64,000 bases of DNA from a virus (lineage: Duplodnaviria > Heunggongvirae > Uroviricota > Caudoviricetes): positions 1 to 64,000 of IMG/VR virus record IMGVR_UViG_3300005613_000042; one strand, given 5' to 3'. This document shows, in pieces, positions 8,249 to 17,176 of the stretch; position 1 is the stretch's first letter, and each line of letters starts with the position of its first letter. Position numbers and translations under genes: made by a program. The notes below the pieces were generated by a model. It made no database searches and was not told the DNA's origin. It was given only the letters and a program-made list of their open reading frames with translations.

Positions 8249-8782
8249 ATGGTTAAAACAATGAAAGTAATGACGTTTGATTGGCTTGTAGATAGCGCTC
8301 CTCTACTAATTCAAGACAAACTAAATGACCTGAAAGGTCTTAGAGAGCGTCCTGATTATCATCCCGAGCCTAATACATTCGAGCATATTCGAATTGTAAC
8401 TGAAAGACTTATGCAGACTGGGGATATTGACCTTATTGTTGCTGGATTGATGCATGACATCTGTAAGTTAGATTGCGCCAAAATCAACCCCAAAACGGGC
8501 CATCCTACCAGTCCTGGTCATGATAAAGCTGCCGCTGATTTGGTAGGAAACCCGTTGGTTTTGGGTTGGATTGTTAGTTTAGGTGCCAACCCCCAAATGG
8601 TAGCCGATTTGTGTAAACAACACATGAGGTTTCACCAATTTGGTAATATGAAACAATCCAAACAACAAGCATTTCAGCAAATGCCTTGTTGGGATAAGTT
8701 AGTATTTTTGGGTGCAGCTGATAACATGCTCGAAGAATTTGATGTAAATGATGTGAGTAAATCTTGGAAATGGAACAAATAA
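8249..8782 (+). CDS. HD-domain phosphohydrolase-like protein
   Basis: H...HD pattern: EHIRIVTERL ... AGLMHDICK ... further His/Asp residues. Could be the 3'-end healing activity paired with Pnk/Rnl. Confidence 0.5.
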   Translation: MVKTMKVMTFDWLVDSAPLLIQDKLNDLKGLRERPDYHPEPNTFEHIRIVTERLMQTGDIDLIVAGLMHDICKLDCAKINPKTGHPTSPGHDKAAADLVGNPLVLGWIVSLGANPQMVADLCKQHMRFHQFGNMKQSKQQAFQQMPCWDKLVFLGAADNMLEEFDVNDVSKSWKWNK

Positions 8783-8805
8783 CCAAGAAAAAATTTCATC
8801 AAAAA

Positions 8806-8837
8806 CTTGGTTTCCTAAAAAACGTTTCTTAACTTTA
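8806..8837 (+). promoter_or_regulatory. putative early promoter repeat, degenerate copy (CTTGGTTTCCTAAAAAACGTTTCTTAACTTTA)
   Basis: Same architecture as the other repeats. Confidence 0.4.
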
Positions 8838-8854
8838 CAAAGTAAAGGAAAGCA

Positions 8855-9094
8855 ATGAGACCTACAGTACACAAAGGATGGATTGGTAAACGAGTGGAAC
8901 TTCATCTTGATGGTGAAATCGTTACTGGAGGACTTTTGGATAGTTTTGGTTGGAATGATGCTTCAAACCGATTTCAATTTTGGTTTATGAATGATTTCAC
9001 AGGAACCACTAGTTGTTTCGCGGTAGATGATATCGACACCGTTAAACGAATTCGCGTGAAGGAAATTGTATTTAATAAAATCATCAAAGATTGA
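8855..9094 (+). CDS. hypothetical protein (79 aa)
   Basis: ORF on the + strand with GGA-rich sequence upstream. Confidence 0.45.
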   Translation: MRPTVHKGWIGKRVELHLDGEIVTGGLLDSFGWNDASNRFQFWFMNDFTGTTSCFAVDDIDTVKRIRVKEIVFNKIIKD

Positions 9095-9095
9095 T

Positions 9096-9665
9096 ATGTT
9101 AGTCATTGGAGATGTACATGGAATGGTAGACCAATACAACAGGTTAATCAAAAATAGTAATAGGTCTATCCAAGTTGGTGATTTTGGGTTTTCCAAACAA
9201 CATGAATGGCACATGAAAAATTGTGACCCAACCAAACATCAAATTGTGTTTGGTAATCATGATGATTATGGATATCTAAAATCACCACATTCATTAGGTA
9301 ACTATTCACTAACACCTGAAGGTATTTTTACTATCCGTGGTGCGGAATCAATTGATAAACATCATCGTGTTGAAGGTGTAAGTTGGTGGCGTGATGAGGA
9401 ATTAAATTGGTCTGAAGCCAATCAAGTAGTTGAAAGTTATATGCAACTAAGACCTGAAATTGTAATCAGTCATGATTGTCCTGAAAGTGTGTGTATACGT
9501 TATTTTGGGTATCATGGTTCATTTACACGTAAATTATTGCAAAATCTATTTGAATTCCATCAGCCTATGCTTTGGATTTTTGGGCACCACCATAAAAGCA
9601 AGAATGACACTATTGATGGTACAAGATTTATTTGTCTAAATGAATTAGAAACTTTTGAAATTTAA
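9096..9665 (+). CDS. calcineurin-like metallophosphoesterase
   Basis: Motifs MLVIGDVHG, GDFGFS and VFGNHD. I chose the internal Met at 9096 to avoid overlapping the upstream gene; the ORF track offers 9066. Confidence 0.65.
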   Translation: MLVIGDVHGMVDQYNRLIKNSNRSIQVGDFGFSKQHEWHMKNCDPTKHQIVFGNHDDYGYLKSPHSLGNYSLTPEGIFTIRGAESIDKHHRVEGVSWWRDEELNWSEANQVVESYMQLRPEIVISHDCPESVCIRYFGYHGSFTRKLLQNLFEFHQPMLWIFGHHHKSKNDTIDGTRFICLNELETFEI

Positions 9666-9837
9666 TAACATGAATTGGAAGCGCATACTAGATACCGTAT
9701 CTTTGATTGGTATTTTTTTAATATTGATTACAATTTCCAAACAACTATATAATGTTAGTTTATATTTATGTATTGGATTTATAATCATATCAATGTTTGT
9801 ATTTTTATACCTAGTAAGTAGTGAACTGAAAAATTAA
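9655..9837 (+). CDS. small membrane protein (60 aa, two transmembrane segments)
   Basis: Hydrophobic ORF on the + strand. Confidence 0.4.
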   Translation: MKFNNMNWKRILDTVSLIGIFLILITISKQLYNVSLYLCIGFIIISMFVFLYLVSSELKN

Positions 9838-9848
9838 AACAATAAATT

Positions 9849-10148
9849 ATGTTTAAAGTATTAAAATTTAAATCTCTCAGAGAGATGCAAGAATTTTTTG
9901 TTGGAGATGATTCTGATAAAACAGAAGTATATCAACAATTAGTATCAGCCATAGAACATGGTAACAAAACCAATCAATTAATAGTTAATTTCGCAGAAGT
10001 AATTGGTGAAGATGGGAAAGACCAATATGTGTTTGAAATGAACCGAGAAGATTGGCCAGGTACACTTGAATCCGCCTTAGAATATTTCGAGTCAGTTGAA
10101 GAATATGAAATGTGTAAAATGGTAACAGAGTTAATGTCTGAAATTTGA
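9849..10148 (+). CDS. hypothetical acidic protein (99 aa)
   Basis: ORF on the + strand. Confidence 0.5.
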   Translation: MFKVLKFKSLREMQEFFVGDDSDKTEVYQQLVSAIEHGNKTNQLIVNFAEVIGEDGKDQYVFEMNREDWPGTLESALEYFESVEEYEMCKMVTELMSEI

Positions 10149-10394
10149 CAAGTAATTCTAAAATTTTTTAGTATATTTATACTAGAACGTTGAGTGATAC
10201 ACGCGGCAAAACTGGACTGGAGTTCGAATCTCCACATATCCACAATTCTTATTTAAAAATGGGTATGCATGGAATTGACAGGTTGTATGGCATATCATGA
10301 GTTCACATCGCTTAAATGGCGAATATTCATATGCAGTTGCTGCTTGAACAAGGTTCAACCAACAACTAACGGGATGACTACCGTTCAAGGTCAT

Positions 10395-10426
10395 ATGGGG
10401 TAGTTAACGCTACCCCATTTTTTTAC
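10395..10426 (+). terminator. rho-independent terminator
   Basis: atggggtag-ttaacg-ctaccccat hairpin (9-bp stem) followed by a 7-T run. Confidence 0.7.
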
Positions 10427-10462
10427 AAATTGTTTTAACCCTCTGAGAACCGTTTTAAGAGT

Positions 10463-10948
10463 ATGAAAAAGTTTTTACTAACCGCAACACTACTGGTACC
10501 TATTTCGTTGAATACAGAACCTCTCACAACCCAATACGAAGAAATTTTCACAGAGAATCAACCCACTATAGATGTAGATACATGCGATACGCTAAAATCA
10601 CAACCTGATAGTATGGATTATTTTATAAGTTCCTTGATATGGGTAGAGTCTCGTGGTAATGATTCAGCCTACTGTTATAGCGAACGTGCTGCGGGTTGTT
10701 TACAAATTAGACCAATCATGGTTTCTGAGATAAATAGAATAGTAGGGTCCGATGAATACAGTTTGGCGGATAGGTGGGACCGTGAGTGCAGTATTGAGAT
10801 GTTTAAAATATACGTTGATTATTATAATCTGTATACGTATGAAGAGATGGCTAGATGTTGGAATGGTGGGCCGCGTGGTATTTCCAAAAGTAGTACTGAA
10901 CACTATTGGGATATGGTTAAATTAAAATTCTTTGAATTAAATTCTTAA
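10463..10948 (+). CDS. secreted lytic transglycosylase (SLT domain)
   Basis: N-terminal signal peptide. SLT signature WVESRGNDSAYCYSERAAGCLQI (E-S ... AxGLMQ-like). Confidence 0.6.
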   Translation: MKKFLLTATLLVPISLNTEPLTTQYEEIFTENQPTIDVDTCDTLKSQPDSMDYFISSLIWVESRGNDSAYCYSERAAGCLQIRPIMVSEINRIVGSDEYSLADRWDRECSIEMFKIYVDYYNLYTYEEMARCWNGGPRGISKSSTEHYWDMVKLKFFELNS

Positions 10949-11094
10949 AAAGTTCATTAAATATTTGTTTTTATCAATTATTTTTTGTAACTTCAGTATA
11001 CTATATACTTCTAGTATAATATAATTATTATATTATAATATAGATCAGATCTATAGATCTAAATTAATACTTAACTAATACTAAATAATTAATT
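10949..11094. promoter_or_regulatory. AT-rich intergenic region dense in palindromes, including three GATC sites; candidate origin or regulatory hub
   Basis: tataatataattattatattata (23-nt palindrome). agatctatagatct (perfect 14-nt palindrome) overlapping atagatcagatctat. Confidence 0.4.
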
Positions 11095-11358
11095 ATGAGT
11101 TATCACAAAAACGCAGGAAAGTATGGGAAATACTGGAATAGTATTCAATTTGAACTTCTGAAGGGGCCACGTGCCACAAATCAAATAGTTGATACTAGTC
11201 CATTGGTTGGAAGTTTAAACATTGGTAACAAACAATTTGAGCTTACCATTACTGAGATGAATAGAATCATCGAAGAGTTGGAAGATGCCAAACATCGTTG
11301 GAAGGTTGCCAAATCATTAGGTCAATTAGAAAAAACAAACGGAACTTATAAACCATGA
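11095..11358 (+). CDS. hypothetical protein (87 aa)
   Basis: ORF on the + strand. Confidence 0.5.
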   Translation: MSYHKNAGKYGKYWNSIQFELLKGPRATNQIVDTSPLVGSLNIGNKQFELTITEMNRIIEELEDAKHRWKVAKSLGQLEKTNGTYKP

Positions 11359-11534
11359 CAGTTTTAACATTATCGATAATATCACTGGTACTGATATTCA
11401 TGTGCTTGATTTTTTTCATCGTCGTTGTAAATCAAGCTATATCACTGGATCGTATGCGTGAATTACTACGTGACAAAGAAGTCATTATAAAATTACTCAG
11501 AGACCATTTAGATTCATTATCACCAAAACCATAA
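11355..11534 (+). CDS. small transmembrane protein (59 aa); below the ORF-track cutoff, found by hand
   Basis: ATG overlaps the upstream stop (ATGA). The protein has an N-terminal hydrophobic helix followed by a charged tail. Confidence 0.35.
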   Translation: MTVLTLSIISLVLIFMCLIFFIVVVNQAISLDRMRELLRDKEVIIKLLRDHLDSLSPKP

Positions 11535-11553
11535 ACTTAGATATTTATAAGTA

Positions 11554-11844
11554 ATGAAAAAGTTTAGGTCTACCGATAGTTTTGTTGATACGGCTGCAAT
11601 GGATACCTATACCATCATTACTGGTAAAAAAACTTTATTTGAAGTTTATGATGGTAATCGTAATTTCATAGCATTATTGTTTGACCCATTTGAACATCCC
11701 ATAGATGCATATGAAGTAATTGATGACTTAATAGAATATTTTGAAGAAACTGAAAAATATGAATATTGTTCAGAATTAATTAAATTGAAGGAATCAATTG
11801 ATGATGCTGATGTTTGGATAGATAAATTACTATGGAGTGAGTAA
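11554..11844 (+). CDS. hypothetical acidic protein (96 aa)
   Basis: ORF on the + strand preceded by an AGATATTTATAAG motif. Confidence 0.5.
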   Translation: MKKFRSTDSFVDTAAMDTYTIITGKKTLFEVYDGNRNFIALLFDPFEHPIDAYEVIDDLIEYFEETEKYEYCSELIKLKESIDDADVWIDKLLWSE

Positions 11845-12514
11845 CATGAAATTTCATACTGAATCTAAGTTGGTTGATGATAAGTGGTTGCAGAAGATTT
11901 GGTCGAGTGATATTCTCTTAGAGATGGAAGAGCACATAATTATATCGCATTTAAACTCACTAAGTATCGCCAAACAAAAAGAAACCTTATACAAATGGGC
12001 GTTTCCAGAATTAGAAGATTCTAAAAATATCAGTAAAATTCAAGATGAATCTGATAATCCTGTAGATTCCTTTATTCAGTTTTTGAAATTATTTTCTACA
12101 GGTATATCCAACCAACAATTGGGTAATTTAGATGTCCTATGGGAAAAAATGTTAGATAGTGATAAAGAAACACTATTTAAGGGAAATCAAGATTTGTTCA
12201 AACAATGGTTTTTAAATTTACATGAAGATTCTGCTAGTATATACGCAACTAGAATTACATCTGGGTTAACCATTTATCCAAGTGGAGTAACCGATTTTAT
12301 GAAAACAATGTTAGATAGTGTAACTGATTCTGAATTTATTAATGTATCTATCATAAACGGTATGTTGGCTATAAGTTGTAGTAACATCGTGAAATTGAAT
12401 CAAATCAAAAATATGATGACAACTACAAATGCAAAGTTACATGAGTATCGTAAAAAGGTTACATCTGATAAAACAATAATGCATACTATCTTGTATAAAA
12501 TATCAGAAATGTGA
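11837..12514 (+). CDS. hypothetical protein (225 aa)
   Basis: ORF on the + strand. Confidence 0.5.
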   Translation: MSNMKFHTESKLVDDKWLQKIWSSDILLEMEEHIIISHLNSLSIAKQKETLYKWAFPELEDSKNISKIQDESDNPVDSFIQFLKLFSTGISNQQLGNLDVLWEKMLDSDKETLFKGNQDLFKQWFLNLHEDSASIYATRITSGLTIYPSGVTDFMKTMLDSVTDSEFINVSIINGMLAISCSNIVKLNQIKNMMTTTNAKLHEYRKKVTSDKTIMHTILYKISEM

Positions 12515-13011
12515 TGGTTAAAGTTGAATACAAAGAAGAGTATAGATTTGGTACATCTTGGAATCAGAATCCAGAAAAACAATATCGATATTTAGAATGT
12601 AAATCTTGTGGGCAAATGATTTGTGCGGGAGATGATGCAAAGGAAATCACATGCTCTGACTGTATTATGGAGTTGGTAGAACCACCTAAAAAAGTTTATA
12701 AGCCATCAGGTAAGCCCAGAGGGTGGCACTTAATGGAGGAATTTGTAGATACAGATGGTGTTGTCTATCACAAGGGGGTTGAGGTACCAAAGCTTAAAGG
12801 TAAACGACCTATTACACCGTTAAAATCTACCCCAAAATTAAGTAAGGCTCAAAAACAAAATATAATCAATGATGCGGCCGCTAAAGTACATAAACTTAAA
12901 AAGGAGTTATCAAAAGCTAAATACAAAAAAGATAAAAATAAGATAAATCGTGATATTAAAAAATTATCTAAAATCATGGATGGAAAAATTCCAAATGATT
13001 ATAAACTTTGA
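12511..13011 (+). CDS. Cys4 zinc-ribbon protein with Lys-rich C-terminal tail (possible nucleic-acid binding)
   Basis: CKSCGQMICAGDDAKEITCSDC plus a KKELSKAKYKKDKNKINRDIKK tail. Confidence 0.45.
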   Translation: MMVKVEYKEEYRFGTSWNQNPEKQYRYLECKSCGQMICAGDDAKEITCSDCIMELVEPPKKVYKPSGKPRGWHLMEEFVDTDGVVYHKGVEVPKLKGKRPITPLKSTPKLSKAQKQNIINDAAAKVHKLKKELSKAKYKKDKNKINRDIKKLSKIMDGKIPNDYKL

Positions 13012-13030
13012 CAAAAAATTACTATTTTCA

Positions 13031-13237
13031 ATGAAACAAACTAAGTTTAAAATAAAATCAGATACCATGGATATTTCATTTGTTATCAATGGTAAACCTA
13101 GATTGGACCATCTGAAAGATATTATGATAAGATACGCTTTAATGATTGGTTATACACCATTACAGATTGAACAAGAATTTGGAAAATTGGATTTTAAATA
13201 TCAGAAAGATTATAATCAATTAATGTTATTTGACTAA
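13031..13237 (+). CDS. hypothetical protein (68 aa)
   Basis: Internal Met chosen over the 12950 start to avoid an 80-nt overlap. Confidence 0.35.
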   Translation: MKQTKFKIKSDTMDISFVINGKPRLDHLKDIMIRYALMIGYTPLQIEQEFGKLDFKYQKDYNQLMLFD

Positions 13238-13971
13238 TGGAATTTACAGCAGAAGAATTGGTAAAGAACTGGGAAACTTTTTTATCTATAATAAAAAATG
13301 AAATACCAAGTAGAGCAGATGAACTTATCAAAATGTATGATACGTTTGAGGATAGAGTCATGTACGCTCCTGCAAGTGGAATGGAGCACTATCACAATGC
13401 CTTCCCAGGTGGATACGTAGACCACGTTATTCGCGTTTTTCAATGTGCTCATAAAGTTTATGAATCATGGGGTGATATGGGGGCCGATATGAGTGGATAT
13501 ACACCTGAAGAACTTTCATTTGCTGCAATAAACCACGATTTAGGGAAAATTGGCGATATGGATTATCCATATTACGAACCAAATCAATCAGAGTGGCATC
13601 GAAAGAATCAGGGAAAGATATATGATTATAATGCAAATATTGTCAACATGGAAGTACCACACCGTGGTTTGTGGATGTTGCAAAATCATGGAATTCATGT
13701 AAGTCAGAATGAGTATATCGCAATTATGATACACGATGGTATGTATGTTGAAGGTAATTGGTTCTACTATAAAAATAAAACAAAACCTCTACATACCAAT
13801 ATGGCATTGATTTTACATCAGGCTGATCTAATGGCATCTAGGATTGAATATGAACGTTGGAGAAACAACAGTAGTTCTAAACCAACTCAGACATCGACTA
13901 TCAAGTCCAAAAAAGTTTTGAGTGATTCCACTTCCAGACAAGTTGATGTATTTAAGGATTTATTTGGATGA
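13237..13971 (+). CDS. HD-domain phosphohydrolase
   Basis: Motifs HYHNAF...GGYVDHVIRV and AAINHDLGKIGD, with later HDGMY and HQAD. Confidence 0.6.
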   Translation: MEFTAEELVKNWETFLSIIKNEIPSRADELIKMYDTFEDRVMYAPASGMEHYHNAFPGGYVDHVIRVFQCAHKVYESWGDMGADMSGYTPEELSFAAINHDLGKIGDMDYPYYEPNQSEWHRKNQGKIYDYNANIVNMEVPHRGLWMLQNHGIHVSQNEYIAIMIHDGMYVEGNWFYYKNKTKPLHTNMALILHQADLMASRIEYERWRNNSSSKPTQTSTIKSKKVLSDSTSRQVDVFKDLFG

Positions 13972-14234
13972 TATACAATATTGCAATTACAATCGTCTCT
14001 GTAGTTTTTATGTATACTACGTATAATTTATTGAATAAATATGAAAATTCAATAGATAAATACAGAGAGTTACAAAATGAATATAAACAGTTTAAGGATG
14101 AACTAGAATCCACATATAAGGATATGCTTCAGATAGACCGACTTGGTGCCTTTGAAAGTGATGATGAAGTAGGAACCATCTTTAAAACTTTAAAAGAAAT
14201 GTTATATGAATTGAAGTTAAAATTTATTGATTAA
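13968..14234 (+). CDS. small protein with N-terminal transmembrane helix (88 aa)
   Basis: ORF on the + strand. Confidence 0.45.
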   Translation: MIYNIAITIVSVVFMYTTYNLLNKYENSIDKYRELQNEYKQFKDELESTYKDMLQIDRLGAFESDDEVGTIFKTLKEMLYELKLKFID

Positions 14235-15021
14235 TATGAGTCCAGTTGATATTTTTTATCACAACTTAGATACCTATGAAGATGAGTTTGAAAAATCATT
14301 TAATGTAGATAAACCAAAACGTGGTAGACCTAAAAAACGTAAGGTGTATTTTACTACAGTAACTGAAAAGGCAATTGTCGCATACAATTCAGAATCCTGT
14401 AAAAGAAAAAAAGACCGAATATTTAAAGAACATATAAATTATCCACTATTCAAACTTTCTGAGAATATAATCAACACCTTTAAGTTTCCATATATGGATG
14501 GTACCATAGATGAAATTCAACACGAAGTTGTATGTTTTATTTTACAGAAGTTAAATAAGTATTCCGAAGATAAGGGTAGGGCATTTTCATATTTCAGTAT
14601 TATTGCAAAGAATTATTTAATTCAAAATAATACAAAAAAATATAAAGAACGAATGATTAAAACCAGTTTGGACAATGTTGACCAAACATACTTAGAAGAA
14701 AATTTTACAGATACATTTGAGATAGACCCCGATAATACTTTTGATAAGCAAAGAGAATCATTCATAGATAATTTTATTTCAGAATATGAAAATTTAGTTG
14801 AACAGAAATTCGACAATCAAAGAGATGTTAATATTGCATATTCTGTTTTAGAACTTTTTAAAAGCCGTATAGATATAGAAACATACAATAAAAAAGCTCT
14901 TTATATAATGATTCGTGAAATGACAGATACAAAGACCGAGTATATTACTAGAGTTGTAACTGTTATAAAGTCGGATTTTAATGATTATTATGAAGAATTT
15001 TTATGTAATTTAGATTCTTGA
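14227..15021 (+). CDS. putative late-transcription sigma factor (T4 gp55-like) with N-terminal AT-hook (RGRPKKRK)
   Basis: VVCFILQKLNKYSEDKGRAFSYFSIIAKNYLIQ resembles the gp55/sigma region-2 segment KNPHAYITQACFNAFVQ. Similarity is weak. Confidence 0.4.
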   Translation: MINMSPVDIFYHNLDTYEDEFEKSFNVDKPKRGRPKKRKVYFTTVTEKAIVAYNSESCKRKKDRIFKEHINYPLFKLSENIINTFKFPYMDGTIDEIQHEVVCFILQKLNKYSEDKGRAFSYFSIIAKNYLIQNNTKKYKERMIKTSLDNVDQTYLEENFTDTFEIDPDNTFDKQRESFIDNFISEYENLVEQKFDNQRDVNIAYSVLELFKSRIDIETYNKKALYIMIREMTDTKTEYITRVVTVIKSDFNDYYEEFLCNLDS

Positions 15022-15362
15022 TATATATTGATATGACAGGTGATGAAATATTCAAGGGAAAAACTTTTTCAGAGTTATTAAGTGATATATATAAAAATTC
15101 TGAAAAAAAGGAAAAACAAATATCAGCCCTAATACGTGAATTACAACCCATGATAAAAAACTTGGGCGATGCCACCATTGTTGTTCCTCTAATTAAAGAA
15201 TATATGGAATTGGCAATAAAGAATGATGAACATCTCATAAAAATGGCTGCCATAGTACAACGTAGTCTGACACGTACAAATGATACAGGTGATGGTGGGT
15301 TAACAGATGAAGAAAAGAAACAATTACTACAGAGTATACAAGAACTTGAGGATAATAAATAA
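15018..15362 (+). CDS. hypothetical protein (114 aa)
   Basis: ORF on the + strand. Confidence 0.5.
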   Translation: MIYIDMTGDEIFKGKTFSELLSDIYKNSEKKEKQISALIRELQPMIKNLGDATIVVPLIKEYMELAIKNDEHLIKMAAIVQRSLTRTNDTGDGGLTDEEKKQLLQSIQELEDNK

Positions 15363-16378
15363 TGCCATTCTGGAACACAGATGTTAGAAATTCTCCACTA
15401 ACACCACCCAAACTACCATCTTATACCGATAGATTCAAATCTTCAATAGATTTGAAATTTTCAGTTGGGGTTGTCGAAGATGTTATTATAGATGAACGTA
15501 GTGGTGGAGTTCGAGAAATTAGAGCGGCATTATTGGACCGAGGGGTTTCTGTTACTATCACGCCCATTTCCAAATATGATTTTGTAGTTCCGCTAATTTC
15601 TGAATATGTATTGTGTGTGCAACGTAGGGAAGGTAATTGGTATTATATAGATGTTGTAAATAATAATTTAAGTACTGTTGCAAACACAAAGGGTACAAAT
15701 ACTAATGTTGTAGACCAAGATGGTAATAAATTACTTGGTAAAAATTTTACAAATAACAATTTATCGCAAGCGGTAAGATACGAAGGTGACCGTCTAATTC
15801 AAGGTAGATTTGGAAACACGATAAGACTTGGTAGTAAGCAAAGTGGTAATGATACGGAGTGGTCATTAGATGGCGAGGATGGTAAACCAATCATTGTAAT
15901 ACGAAACGGGGAAACAACATACGAGAGTTTAGAACGCGATGACTCATTTATTTATCTCACATCAGAACAATCGTTACCAATAGATACCAATAGTTATCCC
16001 GAATACGAACGCGTTGACCAATACATTGGTGCACAAGTTGTAATTGGCGCTGATAGATTAGTTTTTTATAGTAAAGACGAAAATATTATTATTTCTTCTA
16101 GGCGAGATGTTGGTATCAAAACCAATAATTGGAACGTTGATTTTACAACATTTGTAGATTTGATGTTGGATACGATATCAGCACTAGAATCAATATCTAC
16201 ACAGTTGGCGACACAAGCACAAGCTACAAGTACAATTACAGTTACAACACCACCTACAGGGGGACCATCAAGTCCACCAGTAAATGCATCGCAATTTATA
16301 AATGTAAACACCACTACAACACGAATTACGTCTCAGATAACTCAGATAAAAACTTCATTGGAAAAAATGAAACAGTAA
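15362..16378 (+). CDS. putative baseplate/structural protein (338 aa)
   Basis: Sits in a structural gene block upstream of the gp25-like gene. Has a Thr/Pro-rich C-terminal segment. Confidence 0.45.
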   Translation: MPFWNTDVRNSPLTPPKLPSYTDRFKSSIDLKFSVGVVEDVIIDERSGGVREIRAALLDRGVSVTITPISKYDFVVPLISEYVLCVQRREGNWYYIDVVNNNLSTVANTKGTNTNVVDQDGNKLLGKNFTNNNLSQAVRYEGDRLIQGRFGNTIRLGSKQSGNDTEWSLDGEDGKPIIVIRNGETTYESLERDDSFIYLTSEQSLPIDTNSYPEYERVDQYIGAQVVIGADRLVFYSKDENIIISSRRDVGIKTNNWNVDFTTFVDLMLDTISALESISTQLATQAQATSTITVTTPPTGGPSSPPVNASQFINVNTTTTRITSQITQIKTSLEKMKQ

Positions 16379-16398
16379 TATATTTATAACAATAAAGT

Positions 16399-16752
16399 AT
16401 GTATAGTATGAATAAGAAAGAACTATTGGAAGTAATACGTAAGGTTATTAAAACTGAAGTTAAAAAAGCGGTAAAAGTTGAATTTACTAGATTGACTGAA
16501 TCTATGAAACTCAATGAAAATAATTCTAATGATGAGTGGCCAACTTTAAACAATCGTGAAATTTCATCACAAGATGTACATTCATTTCGTGCTAAATTTG
16601 CAGAAATGAATGATGGTATATTCAGTCGTGAGTCTTCACCAATACCAACTGTTGATATTGCAAATCGACCAGTTAATCCAGAAAAAATAGACCCTAGTGT
16701 TCGTAAGGCACTTACTAGGGATTACTCAGAATTGATGAAGAGATTTAAATAA
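16399..16752 (+). CDS. hypothetical protein (117 aa)
   Basis: ORF on the + strand. Confidence 0.45.
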   Translation: MYSMNKKELLEVIRKVIKTEVKKAVKVEFTRLTESMKLNENNSNDEWPTLNNREISSQDVHSFRAKFAEMNDGIFSRESSPIPTVDIANRPVNPEKIDPSVRKALTRDYSELMKRFK

Positions 16753-17174
16753 TGGCAAGAGAAGTAAAACGTATACCAAGACTTGATTTTGAACCTGATG
16801 TTGCCATTGGCGTTGGGTTACCCTTTGGTACTACTAATAACTTCAACTTGAATTATGAAACAAAAGAACAGATAAAGGATAATCTAAGAAATTTAATATT
16901 AACTATAAAAGGTGAACGTGTATTTAATCCTAGATTTGGATGTGATGTTTACAAGTTGGTATTTGACCCAAATACAATAGATTTAAGACAATCCATATCT
17001 ACAACAATCGAAAATGCCGTTGAGGAATTTTTACCTTATATTACCATCGAAGAAATTGTAGTTAATGATGATAATTTCAATGTAGATAATAACATATTAA
17101 AAATTGTAATTGCTTATTCTGTACCTCAATTTAAGTTTGAGGATTATTTACAGTTAGAAATTGATAGGGGATAA
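16752..17174 (+). CDS. baseplate wedge protein, gp25/GPW family
   Basis: RVFNPRFGCDVYKLVFDPNTIDLRQSISTTIENAVEEFLPYITIEEIVV fits the GPW/gp25 core (NPxFG ... EPRI-like). Size 140 aa. Confidence 0.7.
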   Translation: MAREVKRIPRLDFEPDVAIGVGLPFGTTNNFNLNYETKEQIKDNLRNLILTIKGERVFNPRFGCDVYKLVFDPNTIDLRQSISTTIENAVEEFLPYITIEEIVVNDDNFNVDNNILKIVIAYSVPQFKFEDYLQLEIDRG

Positions 17175-17176
17175 TA

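Noticed and set aside
10210-10240. GGAGTTCGAATCTCC T-arm considered as a sixth tRNA
   Set aside because: No complementary acceptor 5' strand, D-arm or anticodon arm could be found on either strand. It is reported as a finding instead of a feature.
12950-13237. Long form (95 aa) of the ORF starting at 12950
   Set aside because: It would overlap the preceding gene by 60 nt in another frame. The internal Met at 13031 gives a compact non-overlapping gene; the choice has low confidence.
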